Below, in pieces: positions 14,133 through 28,169 of a DNA stretch of 64,000 nt. The stretch's first letter is position 1; each line of letters starts with the position of its first letter. The notes beneath the pieces were generated by a model. That model did not search any database, was not told where the DNA came from, and saw only the letters and a list, made by a program, of their open reading frames with translations. The stretch is from Phoronis australis. Taxonomy: Eukaryota > Animalia > Phoronida. Where the stretch lies: assembly GCA_002633005.1 (NCBI GenBank), contig NMRA01000690.1:130365-194364 (forward strand), written 5' to 3'. The position numbers and the translations under genes are program-made.

Positions 14133-14197
14133 AAAAGACAAGTTACACAATAGTAGCGCTCCTTTCTTGACACGCCCTCTCATATGCATTTTATAGC

Positions 14198-14212
14198 AGT
14201 GACATCTGGTGG
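14198..14212 (-). promoter_or_regulatory. CTCF-like motif
   Basis: Minus strand reads CCACCAGATGTCACT, one mismatch from the CCASYAGRKGGCRS consensus. Confidence 0.3.
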
Positions 14213-17200
14213 TTACGTACATGTAGGCCTACATGTGTAACTGTTCAAAATCAATGATTGTTTGTTCGCAAAAGAAGAAGTTGCAAATCCTTGAATTTTT
14301 TCGAGACTTTGTGTTCTATCACTTCAATTGTAATATGACTGATGAAAACAAGAAGACATTGATCTATATATATGTATACTTTGCAGTTAGAATCCGTCGA
14401 ATAAGATTCATTACTCTACAGGAGAATGATTTCGAAATCGCATTCCCGAAAAAGTACTTTTATATCTCTCTTTTATCAGCGCAATGCGGCGAAGTGTGCA
14501 ATTGATTATTCTGGAGTCTGTTTTAAACCCTTCCGAGTTTGATTTTAATGAAGCTTTTCCAAACGCTCTCGTGACTATGAATGACATCTGCTTACGAAAT
14601 TGACAAGTCTTTGTCCGTTAGAGAGGATATGTGCGCATTTAGGCCCATGCGCTTATATCTTTATGCTTTTTAAATGACTTGCTCAAGTGTTTGCGCCTAA
14701 AGGTTACTTATACGCCCAGCCGGATATGCGGCTGTATAGCAACTGCGGAGGTTGCAGATTCGAATCCGAGCGGCGACTGAAATCAGAAAATCCGTTTCCT
14801 CTCCGATAATGAATTTATTTAAAAATACTTGCATATACGTTTGTATCTATTGAAAGTTGCATTTGAAAATTAATTGAGTTGAACAATTCCATCAGCTTTA
14901 TTAATTTTTCTACAAGTAGCTATTGCTGAAAATCAAAGTCTTGTTTTCGTGAAACAATTCAACAACTGTCTTTAAACTTGAAATGGCGAACCCACACAGT
15001 TAGTTTTACAGTGATAAATCAATTATTCAGAGACTTACACTTGTCATTCCCAGCGACGGCCGTCTGTCTGTGTTTAATACGCACTAATTAGTTGGACCAA
15101 TCCTCAGGCTGATTACTAATTGATATTTCCAATAATATAAACTTTCTTTAAACACAGATCAGCTACTTAATGCAAACACATTACGACATTAAAGGGGTGT
15201 GCCTTAGACAGCATTATCTTAGTCTAGCTAAAATATATCAAGTACATTAGACTGAGTTGTTGCTGTTGGAAGCGTGAGTTGTTATTTGAGACAGGTAAAG
15301 AGACAAAAACGAACAGAATCGAGAAACAAAATATTATCAAAAAGGAAATAATAACGAATATAGAATGAAGTTGAAATGATGGCGAAAATTTTTGATTGGT
15401 GTCGAAGGCTAAATCGTCATATTTATCCAAGCTATGGACATTTTGCCTTCAGAAAGTTTTTTTCTCAGTTTTAGGCGTCATTAATTTTATACTTCTTAAT
15501 TATCAAATCTTCTCATTTGTTTCGGGTTGGCCGACGTTTTCAGCAAAAATATCATCTTCTCTGCGCCAAAATTGAAAAATGTTTACTGCACTACTGTTTT
15601 GATAAAATAACGTTGTTTGTTCACACACTAAGTTACGTACAAAAAGAACAATGTGGTGATTAATTCGGACACATGTTAAGCACAATTGAATATCAATGAG
15701 ATTGCGCTGATTGAGTTTGCTAATATCTCTAGTTGCTTAAATTTTTAGAATCAATACAGATTAACGTATTTACCGTTTCCAAGTCATCTACTCGACATCG
15801 AAAATCGATTTCTTATAGCAAATGTTAAAAGATTTGTTGTTGATAAAAACATTGGTTTTTACGGCGTTGGTCTGTTCGACACGTAGAGCCTTTCGACTAC
15901 AGTAGTAGTTTTCGGAGGATTTGACGTGCCTTCTCAGGAAACTAGAAACGAATACAATTAAATTCTACAGTCGTGTTTAAACGGGTCACTGTTTGATGGA
16001 ACGGAAAGCCGACAATTTAAGGGCGATGAGTGAATTCGCAATATTTCAATTATTAAAATCACGAGAGTGGCAAAAAGGGGTAATTGGCGAAACGAGCGGG
16101 GGGGGGTTCGAGTTAGTGCAACAACCGAGAAAAAAGGAATGATCTTGTAAACGCTCGGGTCGATTACATTTCAGGACAAACTGTGGCAAATTTTCACCTC
16201 CCCAGGGACAAATCGAAACTAATACAGCGGCGATATCTGATAACTGTGTTCATACTTTTATTAAATTTAACACTAATGCCGAATCAATTTGAATTCTCGA
16301 TCAAAATTTGAGTGTTCAGCATCATGACAAAGTCTTCGTCATCTAGGACTAATATTTTGTCTTAAAAGATACATGTCAACGCTAATCTTGTATTGCAAAC
16401 CTTATTGACGTCCGGTTATTTGAGAGATCCATTTTCCCGTTATTTTGTTTGTAAATAACAGTCAACCACTACTAGTTTGGAAAAACATAAATGTGGTTAA
16501 CCCGTCACATCGACAGGACCCTGGTACTCTTTTAATCATTTATTCAAATAGTCAATACAATAATATCTCCGTTGATAAGACAATTGGTAGATTAAGTAGA
16601 TACAAATAGGGCTTGGGTGTCACCCCAGAGATAGCCCGTTGACATTCAGCCAGTACCTTGACCATAAGAACAAATATAAATTTTACAACGCGATAATTTT
16701 GACACGCTTTGTACATGTAGATTGGTTCGTGAACGGGAATTTCAAATCCGTGTTTTGATTCCACATGTGAAACTAGAAGTCCGATATTCTTGTTTCCTCT
16801 ACCCTTACCCGCGTGAATTCCTGCCGTTTAGACGACTAAAAAGATAAACGTTATACACTTCGTTATTTTTTCTTATGTATACGTGAGGCCATTTTAAATG
16901 TAGAGCTACAATGGAGTAGATATTCCGAAGTGAAAATTCAGTTTACGGTCTCCGATCTTTTTTTCTCATTTATGATGACTTACATTTTTTGAATCCAAAT
17001 ATTTAGTAGACGTACCAACCACTCACGTTGTTTAATGTTGTTTAATGATAACACTGAGTGGCACCAGATATATATATATATAACATTTTCAAATTTATTT
17101 TGAAATTGCTTTGTTTATCCGATTCGTAAGAAGAACACACAAATCTTATATAACTGCTGATCAGACATTCTATTTCATATCAGCCAAAATGCGATCAATT

Positions 17201-18920
17201 AGTTGAGATAATTTGAATGTTGTTGCTTAATGCCAATTAAAATTTTACAGCTTTTAACTAATACTCTGAGATATTTTAATTTCGGTATTAAAACAGTCAC
17301 ACATACTGAGTTTCTGAGCACAAGATTACTCCAATAATCCCAACGTAGCTAATTTTCAGTCACAAGGTGATTTGACTATCTTTTAAATCCTACTTGAGAC
17401 TCACTGAAGACGATAAATGTAATTACATAAACGTTAGCGAAGTGGGGTACATTCTGCACTAAGACATTTCATGAATTAAACCACGTGACCTCTTAATGGT
17501 CGCCAGTGGTCTCTGGGATTGTTTACGGATGTTTATCGTACTGTCATCGCGACGAAGTCATTCGAGTGCAGCATTTGGGCGAATTATGGTTTTTACAACA
17601 ATAAATGTGAATATAGCACCTTGATATCATATTTAAATAAATTAAAATTCAGATTTTTGATTTCTTTAAACGTGAGATGTTTGTTTACAAATCGTTTGCC
17701 GTATTGTCAAAGACGCCGATAACGTAAAAATGTTAGCCTATCCATTGCCATCGTTTGGGGCTGTTAATCATGACGTTATTTCGTGAAGGATGCGCCTCCT
17801 GGTGCTGTGTTGTCATCACTATCGGGGAAATGACCAAAACAGTCACCGGAGAGAAAAAATATACAATGAACGTCTGTCGAGTCTTTTTTATCAGTGCAGT
17901 ATATTTAGGTAACTTATCATTAAAAACAGCAATAATGATTTTAACTATTCCTGTAAGTGCATATTTGTTTTGTTTTTCCGATGATAATATAACATTGTTA
18001 ACGATTAGGGCTTACATTTTATACATCACGTAATTGATTAAAGGGATATCATTGACGAGGATCAATAGGCCAAAGTCTCGTTTACCCCAAGTAATACCCG
18101 TTGCTCCATGGAACAAACTTGCAAAGTGACATATCTTACTTTTAGTTTGAAATTAAAGGAAAATACTTTTTACGGCGTGGGGATTCCCATTTGTAAAGAG
18201 ATGTCTCAACCATGACTGTTCAGTATAATACTGGTATCAGATTAACTCCTCTAGAAACTCTTTGAATGATTTAGCTGTTAACGCTGTCCAACTAACTTAA
18301 AGCAGTGAATTGGCGGGTGACACCGTCCTATTTTTAAGACAAGTACACTGTACTGTCTGTTGCAGATAAATGAAACAGAAAACGACAGATTTAGGTATGG
18401 ATACACCATTGCTTACAATGAAAACTTTCAAACTTTTTACGAATTGAAAGGGGGTTATAAAAATTTCCGAATACAGAAAAAAGACGAGTTAAAAATATGT
18501 AACTTGACTTACGAATCTCTGGTGAACGTTTCAGAGAAATGAGCTGGAAACAAGCAAAGGGCCTCGGAAATGATTTGCTAAACTGAAATTGTACAGTAGT
18601 GCTTATAGTTGCTTCAAACCCGCTTTCAGCACTGTTTCAAATTGTTCTGCAGCTAAATTGGAAGAGGTTTCAGGGCTCGGAAAGAACGTCTCGTTATTGC
18701 TCGACGTGAGAATAGGTTCTGTAAGTTGGCTTGTCCCAGCGTCGCATTTAATGCGTCGGGCACGGTATCAAGGAATATCGAAGTGTCAGTCTTTTGCAAA
18801 CATGGAAATCCCTTCTCATGTCAGTCTGGAACCAGTTGAGGCGAATTTTATAGTGGTAAGCGATCTACGGAACGCGGATTTCATACATGCAGTACAGCCG
18901 CTTTAAAAGTTTTGATAAAC

Positions 18921-19086
18921 CACTGGCGGACTTAAGGGGGGACAAGGTGCAATGACCCCCCCCCCAAAAAAAAAAATTCTTCGTATTCCATTTGGCACTT
19001 CGGGGGTGCGAATATCTGACAGGCAAAATCCTGACTAATACTCTGCCCTGCCCCCCCCCCAACTCAAAACCCTGGATTCGCCCCTG
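18921..19086. mobile_element. Short CAGTGGCGGA-type MITE with 5-bp TSD
   Basis: TAAAC|CACTGGCGGACTTAAGGG ... CCCTGGATTCGCCCCTG|TAAAC. Related to the 13131 copy. Confidence 0.65.
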
Positions 19087-19600
19087 TAAACCTACACGTA
19101 TAATAATCATTCTATAGCTGATTTTGGTTTTATGTTAACTTTTAATATTTGCACACTCAAATGACTTGTTGTCGTGCATATTGATATAAAACACCGAGGT
19201 TACTCGGTATGAACATACATCTCTACGAAAGAACAAAAAAATAAATATACTTCGTGGTGAAATCATCTAGTCGCCTTGTATCCATATCTTTGAATACATA
19301 CTGTCAACAGGGTCGCTAAGTAACTAAGCCCTTTAAGAGTTCGGAGGGTGTGTTTTACATGAGCTCTCAGGACTTATTCTGATAACTGTCCAGACGTGTC
19401 GTTAGTCGTATCACTGAACTATTGCGACAAGTTCAGTGAGTTTAGAAAAACGTTAAATTCGATGATTACGGTGTTTTAAAGTATCGGCTAACACTTAATG
19501 CAGCGCGAAGAAATCGTCTACAATATTACAATGTTACTACCGTCTTGTTGAATACATTCAGTAGCGTCCCCTATCAACCGCGTCACACAACACATAATAA

Positions 19601-19885
19601 GGTTACGTACATGTAAGACCCTAGAAAAATGTCCAAGTTTGGCTAATTTTGTAGCATCTTATCTCAGAACTTCAGTTACTATGTTTTATGCACTGTTATC
19701 CAATACAATGTTGAAATTGTTTTTTAAAATGATCCACTACTGCGGGAGGGCTTATCAAAAATAGGACTTCATGATTTTTATGAAAAAAATCAAACGGTAC
19801 GTGAACGAAAACGAATGATAATTAAGAAAACTGTGTGTTAGAGATTTCATCTTGAAGATTTGTATCAAATGGAATTAGAACATGT
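19601..19885. mobile_element. Diverged inverted partial copy of the 7281-7743 MITE
   Basis: Colinear with the reverse complement of about 7445-7743, e.g. GAAAAATGTCC.A.TTTGGC, ATCTCAGAA, TATCAAAAATAGG, TATCAAATG.AATT. Confidence 0.6.
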
Positions 19886-22800
19886 TAGTGATGCTGTTGT
19901 TTTGCTGTGAAAGTACCTTTCTTTTTCTTTTTCCTTAATTTCATTAAAAAGACATAGTCAGTAGTCAGGTGGTCAGGTGGACCAATCAATTGCAGATTGG
20001 TACAAAGTAAAAAATCAGAGCTTGCAGGCTTTCTGCTTTCAAAAAATATATACTTTTACAGAGTTTTATTTCGTAGTCCTGTAAACATTTGGCTGAAGGC
20101 ACAGACATGTCAGCAATGGTACTACATAACCTTTAAGCAATATTCACTGATCATGCCGCATGATAAGGAAGAAAGCCGAAAGGTTACAGTGTTTACCTTT
20201 TATAACTTTCAAAGCGAATGACGTTAAAAACCATCGAATAGTGTCGATTGCAACATGTTAATCACCGAGTGATGGGTGTGCCAAAACATGAAATTCCTGG
20301 TTAAGTCTTTATCGTGGAATTTTTTGTGCGTACTGTTTGACAAAATCGTAAAGTACATAGTTTCGTGAAAGATTGTCGAACCATCAGTTTTTAATTCTTC
20401 GATAACCAGTGGTGTCTTTTTATGAACAGTGAAAGAAGACTTAAATTTGGTTGTACGACCGACACAACTATTTTTGTAAAGCAAATAAATCTCGCTTGAG
20501 AAAAAGGGTAAATTCTCTGAGAATATTTACAAAGTTACAAATAATGAGAATTCTTTATCAATTATTTCTACACTGTAATGCGCTCGTAATTACTTGGCTA
20601 AACTTTTATTAGCTTTTGTGAAGTGAGGAGCGCAAGTCACATTCATAGAACCAGGCCGCAAGTCAGCTCCATACGACGTTTTTAGGAATTCGTGGCACAC
20701 ATTCTCCCAACAATTATGTCATCTTCTTTTTCGGCATTAAATGATACTAATATTTGATACACTGATTTATGATTTTATCGCATGTCAACAAACGTGATGT
20801 CACTAGAGTATGCCTTCCCTTTTGTTACAATATGGCTTCTCGCCGAACTCTCGAAGACAAAATGTGCACAAGTAGACCGCGCATGTTGGGTAGTTCCGTT
20901 AGCACAGGACTCTCACTACGTACAGTAAGTCAGTGTGATCAAGTGCACAGCTTTTATACTTGGCGACATCTCGCCAGGTATTTCATATTAGGTGTTTTCG
21001 CGCGCCAGGATAATTTCATTGGCGCAGACGGTCTTAATTTCTGTAATACTAACTTGATTCTCAACTCGGTCTATTAGCGTAACGAACCAAGAAAGATTGT
21101 CCTTTGCACATATAAGCAAACCAGTCTGAACACAGAGGACGTTTCTTGCGAATAACCTCTGACTAGCAGTGTGCAGACATCGACCTACTGCAAATGTTTA
21201 AAAGTACACTGTGTGTGGACATTTACACCATACAGACGTGCAAACAAAAGGCAAAAAACACAATTATTGGTTTGCTCTTTTTCGGCGGAGGCTTTCACAA
21301 CCGTTTAGCCAGTTCACAAAATCATTGGATATCCATAGTTTTGTTCATAAAATGTAGACGTAGACTGATTACCCTTTGACGGAGTCCTTGTATGAAGCGC
21401 TATCTATTGAGAGATGTGAGAGAAACTTGTGCCATGGCTGGCAAACTGAGTCTGTTGAAAACCGGTCTGCGTTCAAAAGATGCGAGAAATTCATAAAAAC
21501 GCATACCCTACCTCGAGTCGGCTCACCAGGAACGGTCTGACAACGTGTCACAGAATTCGACGACATTCATAGGTCCGCTAAAACGTAGTTCCGTAAAGAA
21601 TCGTGTTAAGTCGAGAATGAAAGCTTTTGAAAGTTTTAGGCAGAAAGTCAGCAGTGAATGTACCATTAAAGGCGATGTGAAAATGTCGCTCAGGTGGATG
21701 CAGCGAAGAATATTAATATAATTTAATTTGTCACACAAAAGTTTTTACGAAAAGGGTAGTTGTATAAATCATAAGCACAAATTGTCATTCTTTCTATGGT
21801 ACAATATCTTTTCTTTGCGTTTGTTCTCTGGAAAAATGAAGTTGCCGTGGGCGAGTGAAAAATTACTGCAACAGGTGCGTGGTAATATAGATTTACGAGC
21901 AAGGGAACGAAACAACAGAACTGAAGTCCAATTATCAAAGGCATCAATGGTCACTTCGTATTGCTTTTGATACCCATCAGATCTCAGTAAGAGACTGCAC
22001 GCTAGTGTTGGCTTAAAGTCCTTCTCTCAAACTGCCCATGTGGTTCCCGTATCCGAAAATACTTACTACATAAAATCTTATTTTCGACACCCTTTCTTTA
22101 TATTCTTTTCGCCTTTCTTGCCAAAAGCGATTTTTGAACAGTATTTGACCCTTCTCTCTGAGCGTATGATTACCGGTTGTCGTCGGTTATTTCCGTACCC
22201 ACATTTCCGGCTCATCGGTTCAGGAACTTGTCCTGAACGCCGCCATGTTTTCCTTGTAACTGAATGTGCTATCGCTTGCTCGAAAAGTCTTCATTATTTT
22301 GTTTTATTAGTAATATCTCGTGATTCATTTGCATATGTACTGTATTTATAGTTTGTAGTTAGTGGTCGTTGATTTTTTTGGAATGTTACGCGTACTTAGT
22401 ATGTTAAAATAGCATTGGTGTTTAGTTCCTTATGTAGGCCGGTCGAACCTAGGAACCAATATGAGTCGAACCAATTTTTTTCGGTTTTATTTTTTTCTCG
22501 TTTTGAAAAAGTACTTTGCTATCATCGGAAAGGTAGTGCATTCTACTCAGTAAAAATCGAAAAAGTATCAAAATCGGGGCAAGCAGTGTAAAGTTATTGC
22601 AAGTTTTGTGGCGAAATTTGGGTCACTTTGTTTGGATCGCGTCGGCCATATTGGAGGACAGCGGGATAAGGTACGAGTTTAAAAATTTGTGTAAATTGTT
22701 TTCGCCAACAAATTACGGTGAAATTTAGTTAGACATATCTTTACTTACTATTCTGCACGATTTAACAGTGTTCACCAAGTTTCAGCCTCGCAGTTGTTAC

Positions 22801-23329
22801 TCATTAAATGATAAATGTGCTCACAATTCCCGTTGGACTTCATCTCATTTCGGGCGGCACCGACAACATGGCGACATTTGCTGAACTGAAAGGCATGTTC
22901 AATCGGCTACTTTGTAATTTTTGAAGATTTAACGTTGATACATTTTGACAAACGTTGCTACAAAAAAGAAACTTTGTTCAATTTTCGTGTTTTTTGTGCA
23001 AAAATATAAGATGTATTCGAATTATTTTATTGTAAATTTCCCATTCAGGTGATCTTACACTAAGCTAAAAAAGTAGTTGAAATAATTTTGAAATGGTTTT
23101 TTGTTTGACTGTCAGCTGCTGACCATTCTTTTAGGCTTGNTGCAATAAAGAATAGTGCGTTTGTGGTGTTATCGGATATTGAGTACACGGTTGTGATATG
23201 CTGTGCTTTGAAAGCAGGTTTAATGATGCTGACAATGTTGCCACTTGTCAAAAGAAGGCAAATTATGATTTAAGTACTTAAGCTTAGACCGATATCGAGC
23301 TAACTAATAAGACCCGGCAAAATGTCTTA

Positions 23330-23963
23330 GCCCCGTTTGATGAAATTTCTTAAGATCAAAATTAAGACCGGAAATTAGCTTGCTATGGAGTAAACGTAAG
23401 ATTCGACTTTTGGTCTAAGTGAGTATTAGCACTATAAACTGCTGAGGAACAAATTCAGTTGATATTTTTCGTAATCTAATGTCCCTAAACAATGTCAAAT
23501 TGAAGATCGTCTGCTTTCGATTCTAGAACCGGCAATGGCCGCAGAGACAACGCAGTCCGACGGCACATGAGGGATGATATTTTCCAGCCACACCTGGGTC
23601 TTCTCAAGCAAACAAGTTCCCATGCATTTTTATCCAAAATGTAAGTAAATCCGCACCTAGATTTTCAAGGTCAAGAGTAATCTTGAAACCATATTTCACA
23701 TACCGCCTCGCTTAGTTTTGTGAATTCGCAACAGGTGGCGAAAGCGTAGTTTGTATACTCACCTATGTCAAAAACCGATAATACACGCAGTGTTGGCTTA
23801 CGTAGTAAATGGACTTAATTTCCCTCTAAGTTGAGACCGGAGACCAAAATGAAAGGGTCCTTTCTGAATTTTCGTCTTCAGTCTTAACTTTGCCGATTTT
23901 CAGTTACAACTTCAAATTTTTGGTCTTAAGTTAAGTCTTATGCCACTTTCAACAAACGGGCGC
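23330..23963. mobile_element. Harbinger-like MITE
   Basis: Left CCCGTTTGATGAAA...TAAGA...TTAAGACC versus right reverse complement CCCGTTTGTTGAAA...TAAGA...TTAAGACC. Right end is followed by CTG. Confidence 0.5.
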
Positions 23964-26900
23964 CTGTACTAGACATTTATATACATGTGATAGTGCAAGG
24001 GAGCATTTAGTATTCTGGAACACGACTAAGGTTCCATAAAAAACACAACTAGGCTCCATAAACAGCACTTTTCCATGACGCACTCAATATTTTATACTCA
24101 CTGTGCCCTAAAACAAGTTGTTGCAACCTAAGTGACATTCGATGTGTGAATTCGCACACGTGGGCGCACGAGGATGACACTTTTCTCCTCCCTCCCGAAT
24201 TTGGGGAAAATTAAGAACAATTTGGCAATAGAAGAAAAAAATTCAGGCAGCGGATCGTCCAATGGGAATATAAGGAACAGTCATTGGTTGAGGTGAAATC
24301 GGTGGCCCCAGGGAATGGGGGCGACAAGATAGTGGCGACCAGGGGTAGAATTCCGGGTGACGATCGGGGTGTAGAATTGATGGCAACGACGGTGAAAGTT
24401 TCTTATCTGCGGGAAAAGCTATACCATATTCCCCATCACAAAGCCAAGTCCTATATTTGTACACGAATGACAATAAAAACAATTATCTCGATGTGTTTCA
24501 ACAATTCTAAGATGAACTTATTTTTTGTTGCCAAGGTCTCAGTTGCAGTGTAGCGGAAGTGGCGAACTGTTCACGACCCAGTAGCGTTTAGATATTCAGT
24601 CTGTTATGCGCTCCCTTTGGGAATTTTAATTCAGTGTTTACGATAAATAGCACAAAATGACGTCCCTTTTGTTTTGAAAAGAATGCTAATCCAAACGAAT
24701 GAATAGAAATCGTTACCAATTACACGGAGTGTACAGAGATGCATGCCTTTATGTGATTTGTTTTCCCTAGGGACCGATCGAATGAGGTTTCAGTTAAAAC
24801 ATTAATCCTACAATCTGAGATTTTCAATAAATTCACACTGTTCCACTCGTGTTACTGGCGTACGTGTTTATTCAGCATTCGCCTACGGATGGAGGTGAAG
24901 GAGATTAGCATTTGTTACACTGTCGTATGAACTATTGTATTCAGCACATCCACAGTGTTGACTTTGCAAATTGAGACTTGGAGCACTGGATGAGGCGGTG
25001 GATTTATATGTGGTGGTGTGAATACATTGATTTTTACATCATGCTTACGTTTTGTTGACGACAATGAATGATTTTTAGACCAACGTTGGACGACAAGTCG
25101 ATGATTATCAGCGCATTTCTCCTTGTAAAGAAAGATCGGTCAAAACAGTTGTCCTCCGGTGAGTATAGTTCAAATGAGGAATCATGGAACCGAAATTTTT
25201 CAATTGACGACCGTGACTAACATGCACGTTCTGGCTAATAAATTAGGAAAAAATGAAATATGTGTGATCTAAATTTTGGCGACTTCCCATAATCGATCTT
25301 GACTTTGACTTAGAACTATTGACTATTTTACATGATACGCGTTCAACAAAAGAAACTTACTGGTTTATGGTCGTACACTAACACGAAGGTGTAAAAGTTA
25401 CAAAACGAAACCTTTAACCCTTCGTCCATGGTTGTCGTAACAACCACGTGAAGCTGGTAGCAATAACGTTTGGTTTAGACTACTTATCGATATAAAATTG
25501 GCTTCAACTTTTTCCTAAATATGAATGATTTCTGGGTTTGAAAGAACTAACAGTTTTAGTGCTTGAGGCCATTAATGGCTTGTCATCGCGACTTCCGGTA
25601 ATTTTATGGCTCCGAGCACGGTCTCATTGTTTGCGGAACGGAGGTAGTAAAGAAGGGAAAAACTGATGGCTTTGCAAAAATATTTTCACTTGTGGAATTT
25701 TTGCCCGATTGGGCTAAATTTGCCTTGTCAATAAATGTAGGCTTTATTTGTATTATTGTCCAGTTTTATTGCCATTTTTTGTATGATGTGCCGCGTGAAA
25801 ACGAAAGCCGTCCGGCATAGCCGTTTCAATCACTAAAGTAACTGACGACACACAAGCTTATGGCCATTACCGTGAGGGCGTTCAGTCTTGTGTCGCAACA
25901 CCTGCCAGTTTTTCTCACTAATTAGGTTCAGATCAACATGTTTCAGACGTGACTTCTGGTTGTTCACAAAAAGGGATTGTGTGGAAGAAAATGGATATTT
26001 ATGAAGGAAAAGCAACTTCCAACCAAAAAGGTTTTTAATAATCGGAACATGTGCCGTGTACCATGGAGGTTCCGTATCTAGAGATAGAAACGAGGGTGAG
26101 GCATTAGACCATATTTTCATATAAATTTGTAAAATTTAATAAATTAGGGATTAACAGGATTGCAATTTATTTTTGATCGAACTCAGTCGATTATTTCGTC
26201 GTAGAGGCATTGAATAAATCGCTATTGGTATTTTATCGGCAAAGAGAGGTTGAAATTCGAGTTCGTCTGTTTCTGACGACAGAGCAACAGAAAGAAGACA
26301 TCATTGGAACGCCGTCTCCATGCAATATATCGGTGTTCCAAGTAGTTACATCGCCCACTCTTTGAAGAGCTGAATGTTCACATAAGTGCTAACTTCTATT
26401 TGCCAATATTCTAATAACGCTAGAGTAGAAATTTGCAGACAAAAGAACAAAATAATTACTGAAAACTTTGAACTCCAACAGCTATTTATTTTCATGAAAC
26501 CTATATTTAACACCAGTAAAAGTCCATGAAGCGCTTACAAAAAATCCTTCTGAGAGGCTGAATGATTTAGTTCTACTCACAAAATAAAAATTCTTGCCAG
26601 ACATCATGGCATAACTTGTGAAACCAAACCGATCTCTTTAAGGAATAGGAAGAAATAAAATTCGACCCATTCATGTTTCAGTGACCTTAGGAATATAAAC
26701 GTATGTGAAGTTAGGACGCGTCATGGTGAATTGGTGAAATGAGAGATTTCTTTCGAATTGTTTGTTTGAGTACATGTTTGTTTTAATACTGGAAATGCTT
26801 CTGAGTTTAATGTCCCAGAAAATTTTGCAAAGGAGTGTAAATGGTTGATGCAACAAATTTATTATCATGGAATTTCACATTAAATCAATCGTATGATTAC

Positions 26901-28097
26901 TAATTCTTTTGTTTCGTTTTTTCAATCAAACTCGTCTGCTCGCATGCGCTTCCTCGTCTCGTCTTCCAAAGGGTTTCGGGGTAGGTTCAACAAAGTGTTG
27001 AGAAAAACTACTAGTTTCGCCCCTGATCGAACTGTCGTTTTCGTTCCAAGGCCTGAGAAACCATCTCTCTCAGCAAAAGTTGTGTAATTTTTTTGACGAA
27101 ATGCAGATTTCTAGAGTAAAAGTTCGTTTCGGGCGATTCCACAGCTTTTGGCCCATCCTTTACAAGACAAAATGTCGAGTAATCGAATGACCGTGCAATC
27201 TGTTGGTCTAGTTGACTCTACAAATTTTTTACGTCCTCTGGTTAACATACGACAGAGTCTCCCTCTCGGCAGAGTTTAGTGGAAATGAATTCCGCGATAT
27301 TTTGAGCGTAACGGACTAGGGGACAAATACTACAAAATCACATTTTTACAAAGAACTTCCGTTGACTTGACGACGCACACGAGGTGAACTTCTTTTGACG
27401 TCAACCAAACCGGAATCCATTTTCAAGTGAGACTGGTCTGAAACGAATCTTTTCAACTAAATGATATAATATAGACTCGTGGTACACGGTAGGTGGCGTA
27501 GCAACGAGGGGAACAAGGGATTATGCCCTCTCCCCGTTCATTGCTAGAATTCCACGATTTATTATGCTTTTTCATTAGAATTATTCATCATGTTTGCCCT
27601 CTTCCTCGAGTGGAGCATCAATGGGGGACGTCATCAAAATTGGCGCTGACTGGTAAGAGGGAGACGCAGAGTTGGTGGCAATCAGATGAAAGTGAATGAA
27701 ACTAACGTGGGTAGTCGTCACGCCCTTATCTTCCACTGTGACGGCGATCGCATGTACGTTACAGCTTCCTGTTCAATAGTTTTAGCTTGGGATGTTTTAA
27801 AGTAGCTATGAATCATTTTGTGCCCATAACAGGTTTTTAGAGTTGGTAGGTACTGCCTCCGAAACTTCATTTACTGTCTTCTTGTCATATGTCAGAAATG
27901 AAATTAGTGACAATATTCCGCTCAGACAAATCCACCGTTTCAGTATCTACATAGAACTTTCGAGTCGGAGCTGAAACGCTCACGTCGTGACATGAGAAAC
28001 TCGGCCCGTTCCACGGCAGCTTATATTTCACCAATAGATATTTTTATAAGTCTCGTTGTCGTCAAGAGGCCTGTTTATCAGGAAATAGGGTCTAATG

Positions 28098-28169
28098 CAT
28101 GGGCGGCGCACCATAGGGGGCTGGGGGGGGCTATAGCCCTCCACTTTTTTCAGTGCCATGCCGCCCATG
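28098..28169. mobile_element. 72-bp micro-MITE (CATGGGCGGC TIR)
   Basis: CATGGGCGGC ... GCCGCCCATG, flanked by TAATG/CAATG. Inverted relative at 47479-47598. Confidence 0.65.

Noticed and set aside
14715-14785. tRNA-like B box (ATTCGAATCC); similar at about 45330-45410 on minus
   Set aside because: No complete cloverleaf; at most decayed SINE heads, not tRNA genes.
18301-18902. TTAA|AGCAG ... CCGCT|TTAA possible Kolobok-like MITE
   Set aside because: Inverted similarity is only about 5 bp and could be chance.
25414-25440. TTAA|CCCTT piggyBac-like left end
   Set aside because: No matching AAGGG|TTAA right end found.
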